Source: Eledone cirrhosa (taxonomy: Eukaryota). Taken from it: a stretch of DNA of 64,000 bases. The notes beneath the pieces are model-generated. The model worked only from the letters and a program-made list of their open reading frames with translations. It was not told the origin of the DNA and ran no database searches. Made by a program: the position numbers and the translations under genes. The stretch lies in assembly GCA_964016885.1 (NCBI GenBank), contig OZ024742.1, forward strand, positions 350,238,001 to 350,302,000. The letters are read 5' to 3'. Shown in pieces: positions 52,205 through 64,000 of the stretch; position 1 is the stretch's first letter; every line of letters begins with the position of its first letter.

Positions 52205-52369
52205 TAGATTTGTAGATTTTAAGAAACTGTATTGCCTATTACAATAGTTTCGATATCGATCAGCTCGGGTTTGATCAGTCGATCGGATCCCGATTCTTAA
52301 CCGACACAACTTCAGATATGCAAATTTCCAAGGATGGTCCCATTCAAACTGTATATATATATACACGCC

Positions 52370-52870
52370 TCCATACATATGTTCTCACATAGACACACAC
52401 ACTCCCACACACATAGACACACACACTCCCACATACATACACACATACACTCCCACACACATACACACACACACTCCCACACACATACATACACACACAC
52501 TTCCACATACATAGACACACAGACTCCCACATACATACACACACACACTCCCACACACATACATACACATACACTCCCACATACATAGACACACAGACTC
52601 CCACACACATATACACACACACTCCCACACACATACATACACACACACTCCCACATACATAGACACACAGACTCCCACATACATACACACACACACTCCC
52701 ACACATATAAACACACACACTCCCACATACATAGACACACACACTCCCACATACATACAGACGAACTCCCACATAAATAGACACACACACTCCCACATAT
52801 ATAGACACAAACACACCCACATACATAGGCACACACACTCCCACATACATAACACACTCACACTCCCACA
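52370..52870. repeat. (CA)-derived minisatellite with CTCCC spacers
   Basis: Visible ~24-28-bp ACACACTCCCACAYAC units. Confidence 0.85.
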
Positions 52871-53039
52871 TACCAACCATATATGTCCTATATTTTACCC
52901 CAAAATTCAGAAAATGATTATTTTAAGTATATCTTCTGAAGGTCTTCACACACAACTGTACCCATACTCTCTCTAGTTCCCTCTCTCCCTCCCTCACTAG
53001 CTCCCTCTCTCTACCTCCCTCTCCTCACTCTAGCTCCCT

Positions 53040-56000
53040 CATCCACACTACTCTCCCACACAACTCTCCCACAACCATCCACACAACTCTCCCACACCCA
53101 TCCACACCACTCTCCCACACAACTCTCCCACAACGATCCACACAACTCTCCCACACCCATCCACACAACTCTCCCACACTACTCTCCCACACCTATCCAC
53201 ACTACTCTCCCACACCCATCCACACTACTCTCCCACAACCATCCACACCACTCTCCCACACAACTCTCCCACAACGATCCACACAACTCTCCCACACCCA
53301 TCCACACAACTCTCCCACACTACACTCCCACACCTATCCACACTACTCTCCCACACCCATCCACACAACTCTCCCACACCCATCCACACAACTCTCCCAC
53401 ACTACTCTCCCACACCTATCCACACAACTCTCACACACCTATGCACACAACTCTCCCACACAACTCTCCCACACCTATCCACACTACTCTACCACACCTA
53501 TCCACACAACTCTCCCACACCCATCCACACAACTCTCCCACACCTATCCACACAACTCTCCCACACCCATCCACACAACTCTCCCACACTACTCTACCAC
53601 ACCTATCCACACAACTCTCACACACCTATGCACACAACTCTCCCACACAACTCTCCCACACCTATCCACACTACTCTCCCACACCTATCCACACTACTCT
53701 CCCACACCTATCCACACAACTCTCCCACACCTATCCACACTACTCTCCCACACCTATCCACACTACTCTCCCACACCTATCCACACAACTCTCCCACACC
53801 CATCCACACAACTCTCCCACACTACTCTCCCACACATATCCACACTACTCTCCCACACCTATCCACACAACTCTCCCACACCCATCCACACAACTCTCCC
53901 ACACCCATCCACACATATCCACACTACTCTCCCACACCTATCCACACAACTCTCCCACACCTATCCACACAACTCTCCCACACCTATCCACACAACTCTC
54001 CCACACCTATCCACACAACTCTCCCACACCTATCCACACAACTCTCCCACACAACTCTCCCACACCTATCCACACAACTCTCCCACACCTATCCACACAA
54101 CTCTCCCACACCTATCCACACAACTCTCCCACACTACTCTCCCACACCCATCCACACTACTCTCCCACACCTATCCACACTACTCTCCTACACATATCCA
54201 CACAACTCTCCCACACCCATCCACACCACTCTCCCACACAACTCTCCCACAACCATCCACACAACTCTCCCACACCCATCCACACAACTCTCCCACACTA
54301 CTCTCCCACACCTATCCACACAACTCTCACACACCTATGCACACAACTCTCCCACACAACTCTCCCACACCTATCCACACTACTCTCCCACACCTATCCA
54401 CACTACACTCCCACACCTATCCACACTACTCTCCCACACCCATCCACACTACTCTCCCACAACCATCCACACAACTCTCCCACACCCATCCACACAACTC
54501 TCCCACACTACTCTCCCACACCTATCCACACAACTCTCACACACCTATGCACACAACTCTCCGACAGAACTCTCCCACACCTATCCACACTACTCTCCCA
54601 CACCTATCCACACTACTCTCCCACAACCATCCACACAACTCTCCCACACCCATCCACACAACTCTCCCACACTACTCTCCCACACCTATCCACACAACTC
54701 TCACACACCTATGCACACAACTCTCCCACACAACTCTCCCACACCTATCCACACTACTCTCCCACACCTATCCACACAACTCTCCCACACCCATCCACAC
54801 AACTCTCCCACACCTATCCACACAACTCTCCCACACCCATCCACACAACTCTCCCACACCCATCCACACAACTCTCCCACACCTATCCACACAACTCTCC
54901 CACACCCATCCACACAACTCTCCCACACTACTCTCCCACACTTATCCACACAACTCTCACACACCTATGCACACAACTCTCCCATACAACTCTCCCACAC
55001 CTATCCACACTACTCTCCCACACCTATCCACACTACTCTCCCACACCTATCCACACAACTCTCCCACACCCATCCACACAACTCTCCCACACCTATCCAC
55101 ACTACTCTCCCACACCTATCCACACTACTCTCCCACACCTATCCACACAACTCTCCCACACCCATCCACACAACTCTCCCACATTACTCTCCCACACATA
55201 TCCACACTACTCTCCCACACCTATCCACACAACTCTCCCACACCCATCCACACAACTCTCCCACACCCATCCACACCTATCCACACTACTCTCCCACACC
55301 TATCCCCACAACTCTCCCACACCCATCCACACAACTCTCCCACACTACTCTCCCACACATATCCACACTACTCTCCCACACCTATCCACACAACTCTCCC
55401 ACACCCATCCACACAACTCTCCCACACCCATCCACACCTATCCACACTACTCTCCCACACCTATCCACACAACTCTCCCACACCTATCCACACAACTCTC
55501 CCACACCTATCCACACAACTCTCCCACACAACTCTCCCACACCTATCCACACAACTCTCCCACACCTATCCACACAACTCTCCCACACCTATCCACACAA
55601 CTCTCCCACACCCATCCACACTACTCTCCCACACCTATCCACACTACTCTCCTACACATATCCACACAACTCTCCCACACTACACCCCCACACCTATCCA
55701 CACAACTCTCCCACAAAACTCTCCCACACCCATCCACACCTATCCACACAACTCTCCCACACCCATCCACACTACTCTCCCACACAACTCTCCCACACAT
55801 ATCCACACAACTCTCCCACACCTATCCACACAACTCCCCCACACCCATCCACATAACTCTCCCACACATATCCACACAACTCTCCCACACCCATCCACAC
55901 ATATCCACACAACTCTCCCACACCTATCCACACTACACTCCCACACCTATCCACACTACTCTCCCACACCCATCCACACAACTCTCCCACACTTATCCAC

Positions 56001-56090
56001 ACAACTCTCCAACACTACTCTCCCACACAACTCTCCCACACTACTCTCCCACACCTATCCACACTACTCTCCCACACAACTCTCCCACTG
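53040..56090. repeat. 3-kb compound C/A-rich minisatellite (23-bp CTCTCCCACACCTATCCACACAA mixed with 13-bp CTCTCCCACACAA)
   Basis: Visible; explains the HTTLPH ORFs in all three plus frames. Confidence 0.95.
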
Positions 56091-56432
56091 CTCTCCACAC
56101 CAGCCATATAATGTGCAGCCGTGAGTAGAAAACAATCAGATTTTCTATTATATTGCTGTCTTCTTTCCTTGCTTTTCATTTCTAATTTCAACCATTTGAA
56201 AATTAATGAAGATGTCTGCCGTGTTGTGTTCAGTAGTTCAGTAGTTCTTTAGTTGACTATGTTTCACAGTAATTGGTCTCCTTTCTTTGTTCAAATTATA
56301 GAAAGCTTATATTCGGTAACATGTTACCGGCCTTGGCTTCCTTTAGCCGGTGGCAAAGATCAATCACTCATTGTTTTCTTACGAGTGCAATTTATAAAAT
56401 ATTTATATATATATGTATATGTATATTTATAT

Positions 56433-56624
56433 ATGGGAAAATGTTTGACCCCGACGGCAGAGCTCAAGCCATTTCGACGGCTATTTCTGGACTAAAATAA
56501 CCGTCGAAACGGCTTGAGCTCCGCAGTCGGGGTCAAACATTTTCCTATTACTCACTCTACTACCCTAAGTATTGAGTACTCTTGTGCGTTATAGTCCATC
56601 TGGTTCCTTACCACACCTCCTCCG

Positions 56625-56628
<4 letters not shown>
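56433..56628. mobile_element. Second short fold-back of the 45285 family
   Basis: GGAAAATGTTTGACCCCGAC...GTCGGGGTCAAACATTTTCC plus the same right extension CACTCTACTACCCTAAGTATTGAGTACT. Confidence 0.8.
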
Positions 56629-56660
<32 letters not shown>

Positions 56661-56721
56661 AATAATAATAAATTTTGAAGACTAAAATCCAAAGAGGGCT
56701 CGATAAGGATAAATATATTTG

Positions 56722-56815
<94 letters not shown>

Positions 56816-56816
56816 A

Positions 56817-56910
<94 letters not shown>

Positions 56911-56940
56911 AAATGTGTGTAATCCTTGGTACAGTTAGGT

Positions 56941-58415
<1,475 letters not shown>

Positions 58416-58422
<7 letters not shown>

Positions 58423-61400
58423 ATACTTTGGGAGGGTCATGTTGCCAATAAGAAACACACGCACCAGTTGCTTTCACTTCAATTTAATTTATTATATATT
58501 TATAAATTTACAAATTTATAAATTTCTGGTTGGTTGGTTGGTTCCACAACCAGATAGTTGTTTATATATATATAGTCATAGTTCTTTCGTCACACACTCT
58601 GTGACCTCTTCAGTGACTGGGGATTTCTTTCTTCGTTTCTGTGCCTTTCCTTTCTTCTATCCTACGCCATTTTGTTTGTGTGTGGGTTGCGTGCTCAGTT
58701 TGCGCATGCGCCACATCCGGGTGTCTGTGTGTGTTTGTGTTCATTTTTCTATTTTTCTATTTATATTTTTCTATTTGTTTGTTTATTTATTTATTTATTG
58801 TTGGTTGGTTGTTTGTTCTATGTGTGTGTGTGTTTTCATTTTGTCTTGTGTGTGTTTTCATTTTGTGTGTGTTTTCAATTGTAAGTTGTTTGTTCTATGT
58901 GTGTGTGTGTTTTCATTTTGTCCTTAATTGTAAGTTGTGATGTTGCTGTTCCACTCATATTTTCTATTTAATTTTGGTTTTAATTCTTTTATGCTTACTG
59001 CCTCTGTAATTTGCCTAAACATTGCGTCTTTCTTGTGTGTGGATTCTATTTTTATTTCTATGCTCTCTAATTTACCCCTGTGTTCTATCTTAGCATGTTG
59101 GTAGAGCACAGATGATTCTTTATTATCTTGGAGGTCTCGCCAGTGTTCATTTATTCGTTCCCCTATACTACGAGCTGTCTCACCTATGTACACTATATTT
59201 TTGTTTCTACATTGTCCTTCAGTACATCTTATGCTATATACTACATTTCTAGTTTTACAGTTAATATGGGGGCTTATTTTACAGGTTATACATTTCTTAT
59301 CTATACATGAGGGTCTTTGGAACGGGTATGTCTTGCTAATAAGTGTTTTTACGGAGGTACCAGGTCTTTCTACTATCTTAATATTGAGATTATGTTTCTT
59401 TAGGGCCCTTCTAAATTTGTAGGCTAGTTCGCCTCTAGGGGTTGTATTGATGAACATTACACTCTGGTATTTATTGCTATCATACCATGAGTTTATTCTA
59501 TTGGCCTTGTTCTTAGTTCTTTCTATTCTATTCCAAAATTTGCTCCTATACAAGGGGCAGGTCCCATTTATGTCATTATTTACCATTTTTTCCCATTTGG
59601 TTCTGGCTCCTTTATACACTCTGATTCTATCTCTCTGATTGTAGCCAGAATGTCGGTTGACAGCCTGCCAAACTACATCCAGGCAATGCAACCCCACATC
59701 ACTAACACAAGAGAGGTAACACCACAGGAGCATGAGGATAGAGAAAAAACCCTCAATGCCCATATGGTGATGTGGACAAATATAATGCAGCCCAACAAAA
59801 GGACTGCCAACAACTTCCAGGCCTGGAACAATGACGTGCCGGTGTTGTATGGGCTTCGAAAAGACCATAAAACGGGCTGGGACCCTGTCGCAGGACCACC
59901 AACACGGCCAGTCTGTGGGGCTAACATTGCTAGTAACTACAGACTGTCCTACTTCCTCTCCCTGATCATACGCCCCATCATTGAGATGTCCCCAGATGTG
60001 TGTGACAGCACGGAGGACCTCCTCAGCAGAATCGGCGCGGGTAACCGATCTGGGGACCTAACAAACTGCATAATAGGCAGTATGGATGTTGTGTCCCTGT
60101 ATCCATCTATTGACGTGGATTTTGCTGTGGAGAAATGCGTCGAAATGATCAGCGAGAGCAGGGTTGAGTTCCGTGGGATTGATACCAGTGAGCTGGGACT
60201 TCTACTTAAGCTTACCCATAGTAATAGTTACCTAGACACTTATGACCTTAGCAACCTGTGCCCTACAAGACCAGCAAGAGGCAGACCACCTACCATTACC
60301 TCAATGGCCAAGAAAACCCACACAGATAGATGGAACGGGTGGACCAGAGCCATACGGACACCCGAAAACCACGATGAACTGAAGAAAATGATTGCACATG
60401 CGGTAGGGGCCAGCATAAAATTAACCCTTAAGGAACATATGTTCAAATTTAATGGTAAAACATATGCCCAAGAGGAAGGAGCAGCCATTGGTGTTAGCAT
60501 TGCAGGCGACATAGCTAACTTATTCATGGTATGGTGGGACAGTAGACTTAAACAAAAACTTAATGAACAATTAGAAGACAGCTTAACCCTGATAATGTAC
60601 TCCCGCTACGTAGATGATATAAACATCGTAGTTAAGACACCCCCACTAAAGAACAGTCAGGAACTAGAGAAAAACACAATGGAAAGCATCCAGAAAATAG
60701 TAAACTCCATCCACCAGAGCATTAGAGTTACTATAGACTACCCAAGTAGACACCCCAACCATCGATTACCTGTACTAGACACAGAGCTCTGGTTAGATAC
60801 AATTAACAACCAAAAACAAATCCTCCATTCCCATTATGCCAAACCCATGACTTCCAAACATCTGATCCACCGAAACTCGGCCATTTCGGACCATACCAAA
60901 ATCAACATACTGATTGCGGATTTGGTACGGGTGATGAGAAATGTGTCCCGCATGTGCAACCCCGAAGAACTAGAGAGACACATACAACACTTCATCCACC
61001 GTATGCAGTTCTCTGGCTACAATCAGAGAGATAGAATCAGAGTGTATAAAGGAGCCAGAACCAAATGGGAAAAAATGGTAAATAATGACATAAATGGGAC
61101 CTGCCCCTTGTATAGGAGCAAATTTTGGAATAGAATAGAAAGAACTAAGAACAAGGCCAATAGAATAAACTCATGGTATGATAGCAATAAATACCAGAGT
61201 GTAATGTTCATCAATACAACCCCTAGAGGCGAACTAGCCTACAAATTTAGAAGGGCCCTAAAGAAACATAATCTCAATATTAAGGTAGTAGAAAGACCTG
61301 GTACCTCCGTAAAAACACTTATTAGCAAGACATACCCGTTCCAAAGACCCTCATGTATAGATAAGAAATGTATAACCTGTAAAATAAGCCCCCATATTAA

Positions 61401-62297
61401 CTGTAAAACTAGAAATGTAGTATATAGCATAAGATGTACTGAAGGACAATGTAGAAACAAAAATATAGTGTACATAGGTGAGACAGCTCGTAGTATAGGG
61501 GAACGAATAATTGAACACTGGCGAGACCTCCAAGATAATAAAGAATCATCTGTGCTCTACCAACATGCTAAGATAGAACACAGGGGTAAATTAGAGAGCA
61601 TAGAAATAAAAATAGAATCCACACACAAGAAAGACGCAATGTTTAGGCAAATTACAGAGGCAGTAAGCATAAAAGAATTAAAACCAAAATTAAATAGAAA
61701 ATATGAGTGGAACAGCAACATCACAACTTACAATTAAGGACAAAATGAAAACACACACACACATAGAACAAACAACTTACAATTGAAAACACACACAAAA
61801 TGAAAACACACACAAGACAAAATGAAAACACACACACACATAGAACAAACAACCAACCAACAATAAATAAATAAATAAACAAACAAATAGAAAAATATAA
61901 ATAGAAAAATAGAAAAATGAACACAAACACACACAGACACCCGGATGTGGCGCATGCGCAAACTGAGCACGCAACCCACACACAAAAAAAATGGCGTAGG
62001 ATAGAAGAAAGGAAAGGCACAGAAACGAAGAAAGAAATCCCCAGTCACTGAAGAGGTCACAGAGTGTGTGACGAAAGAACTATGACTATATATATATAAA
62101 CAACTATCTGGTTGTGGAACCAACCAACCAACCAGAAATTTATAAATTTGTAAATTTATAAATATATAATAAATTAAATTGAAGTGAAACAACTGGTGCG
62201 TGTGTTTCTTATTGGCAACATGACCCTCCCAAAGTATAACAATATCGGTTTCAACACACGATTTCAGATAAAGAATCTTGCTAAACAAATTCAGAAA

Positions 62298-62300
<3 letters not shown>
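58416..62300 (+). mobile_element. Young Naiad-type PLE 'C' with a 1.23-kb inverted 3'-end copy (58416-59649 vs 61012-62243), flanked by (TA)n
   Basis: Arms nearly identical; HHR agtca-CTGAAGA-g-GTCACA-gagtg-TGTGAC-GAAA-gaac-TA-tgact at 62043-62087 and mirrored at 58574-58618. Confidence 0.95.
59650..61737 (+). CDS. PLE reverse transcriptase / GIY-YIG endonuclease (695 aa uninterrupted, probably 5'-truncated)
   Basis: RT motifs LYGLRKDHK, TRPVCG, GSMDVVSLYPSI, QEEGAAIG, SRYVDD; Cys linker CIDKKCITC; NVVYSIRC...VYIGETARSIGERI. The ATG lies exactly at the inversion junction, so it may not be the native start. Confidence 0.92.
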   Translation: MSVDSLPNYIQAMQPHITNTREVTPQEHEDREKTLNAHMVMWTNIMQPNKRTANNFQAWNNDVPVLYGLRKDHKTGWDPVAGPPTRPVCGANIASNYRLSYFLSLIIRPIIEMSPDVCDSTEDLLSRIGAGNRSGDLTNCIIGSMDVVSLYPSIDVDFAVEKCVEMISESRVEFRGIDTSELGLLLKLTHSNSYLDTYDLSNLCPTRPARGRPPTITSMAKKTHTDRWNGWTRAIRTPENHDELKKMIAHAVGASIKLTLKEHMFKFNGKTYAQEEGAAIGVSIAGDIANLFMVWWDSRLKQKLNEQLEDSLTLIMYSRYVDDINIVVKTPPLKNSQELEKNTMESIQKIVNSIHQSIRVTIDYPSRHPNHRLPVLDTELWLDTINNQKQILHSHYAKPMTSKHLIHRNSAISDHTKINILIADLVRVMRNVSRMCNPEELERHIQHFIHRMQFSGYNQRDRIRVYKGARTKWEKMVNNDINGTCPLYRSKFWNRIERTKNKANRINSWYDSNKYQSVMFINTTPRGELAYKFRRALKKHNLNIKVVERPGTSVKTLISKTYPFQRPSCIDKKCITCKISPHINCKTRNVVYSIRCTEGQCRNKNIVYIGETARSIGERIIEHWRDLQDNKESSVLYQHAKIEHRGKLESIEIKIESTHKKDAMFRQITEAVSIKELKPKLNRKYEWNSNITTYN

Positions 62301-62365
<65 letters not shown>

Positions 62366-62698
62366 AATGTGAAATGGGCGAAAATTGTCTGATACAGGCA
62401 AAAGGGTAGCACTGATTGTCATGAAAATGTACCGAGGAAGCGACAGGTCTACTTGGGGTTCTCTAAATTGAAAAGTGTGGTCTCTAGGGCCAAAAAACGG
62501 TCTTTTTCTATCGATTTTACCTCTCTATAGTTTCTTACCTTTACACTCTCCGTCGCTCTTCCCTCTCTCTATAATAGATCATTCCCCTCTCTATAATTCA
62601 ACTGCTTTACTCTCTCTGTCGCTCTCACTCCCTATATGACAACACTGCAGAGAGAGATAGACCGTCAGACAGAGAGAGGTACAATTAAAGTGTTAGAT

Positions 62699-62781
<83 letters not shown>

Positions 62782-63111
62782 GACCATCAAACTTTAGTTT
62801 ACTTTCAGTAACGTGTTATATATCTTTGATCTGTCGTCGCTCGCATACCACACACACACATATACACGATGCTTATATATAGCATACGTCGTGTGTGTAT
62901 GTATGTATGTATGTATGTATGTATGTATGTATGTATGTATGTATGTATGTATGTATCCTACACACCTCCCTATACTATTTAACCTAAAATACTTTTATAT
63001 CCATCTCTTAGTGAAGCATTTTCAATTAATTATACGTAAACATGACATTAATTTTTCGCTTTTAGCTTAGCATTTTACATTCAATGCCTCCTTTTTAAAT
63101 GCAACTTTTTA

Positions 63112-64000
63112 TTGAAACGACTACGTACTCTCAGTGATTTCAACGACGCGGTGTTCAATGAGGCCCTCATTGACATGGACAACCATCTTAAAGCTCTTGG
63201 AGTTGGCGGTGTATCTGATTTCGGTTTGCCACAACCTCGAAACACTCACAGTGCTTTAGATGTGGAGTTCATGCGTGAGTCAAATTACAACATCGACGAT
63301 ATGACACATCACGTAGCTCAGGACGAACCCAGACTTTTGCATGACCAGAGACGGGCATATGACAGAATTCCATCCAGTGTCAATTCAAATGAGGGACGGC
63401 TATTTTTCCTGGATGCTCCTGGCGGAACAGGAAACATTTTCTCATCAACCTTTTGCATGCGAAGCTACGAAAAGACAAGCGGATTGCTTCAGCGGTCGCC
63501 TCCAGTGGTAATGCGGCGACATTGTTACATGGCGGTCGTACGGCACACTCCGCATTCAAATTACCTTTGGACATTGCAAAGAAGGAGAAACCTACATGTA
63601 GAATAGATCGTGGCGACCCTAAAGCACATCTTTTTTCTGAGTGCTGCCTGATCATATGGGACGAGGCTACCATGAGTCACAAGGCGGCCTTTGAGGATCT
63701 GGATCAAACTCTCAAGGACTTTCGTCGGAACTCACGCGTCATGGGTGGATCGACAGTACTGCTGGCTGGCAATTTCCGACAGACTCTTCCTGTTAACACT
63801 AGAGACACTAGAGCTGACGAAGTGAACGCATGCATCAAGTCGTCCTACGTATGGCAGTATGTCCACAAACTACATCTGACTACCAACATGAGAGTGCATG
63901 TGCATGGTGACGCAGACTCCATCGATTTCTCAAAACATCTACTGGAAGTTGGTAATGGAACTACACCTGGAGTGGATGAAGAGGATATCCGTTTGCCTTT
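63112..64000 (+). pseudogene. Second Helitron: Pif1 helicase fragment (frameshifted), running off the window
   Basis: LFFLDAPGGTG, AVASSGNAATLLHGGRTAHSAFKLP, LIIWDEATMSHK, LLAGNFRQTLPV, LHLTTNMRV. Confidence 0.9.

Noticed and set aside
53441-56128. His/Thr/Pro-rich extensin- or mucin-like ORFs
   Set aside because: All three frames are open because the C/A-rich repeat rarely forms stop codons.
56100-56130. 17-nt microexon (CAG|...|GTGAGT) after the C/A-rich array
   Set aside because: Splice-like motifs alone are insufficient and there are no neighbouring exons.
58924-59868. 314-aa minus-strand ORF as a separate endonuclease gene
   Set aside because: It is the inverted arm of element C fused to antisense RT sequence.

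Overview
Eukaryotic, AT-rich, TE-saturated region with no convincing host gene. It is probably from a coleoid cephalopod such as octopus, inferred from the tRNA-derived SINE family. Main contents: (1) three recognisable Penelope-like retroelements (PLEs), two Naiad-type and one Neptune-type, each with an inverted copy of its own 3' end on the left, plus degenerate Nematis- and Poseidon-like remnants; (2) many non-coding fold-back or tandem PLE-end derivatives inserted in (TA)n tracts, carrying more than 20 type I hammerhead ribozyme (HHR) motifs from about 10 sequence families; (3) a ~13.5 kb dead Helitron whose N-terminal 23-aa STPR-like repeat has expanded into a 7.8 kb, ~113-unit 69-bp satellite with higher-order structure, plus a second Helitron Pif1 fragment at the window end; (4) a young non-autonomous Gypsy-type LTR element with an unusually long tRNA-Trp primer-binding site; (5) RTE and CRE-like LINE fragments, SINEs, a mariner-like MITE and several mini- and microsatellites. 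The very long ORFs in the supplied track are repeat artefacts. All coordinates and motif calls were read by eye; family names come from motif recognition, not database searches.
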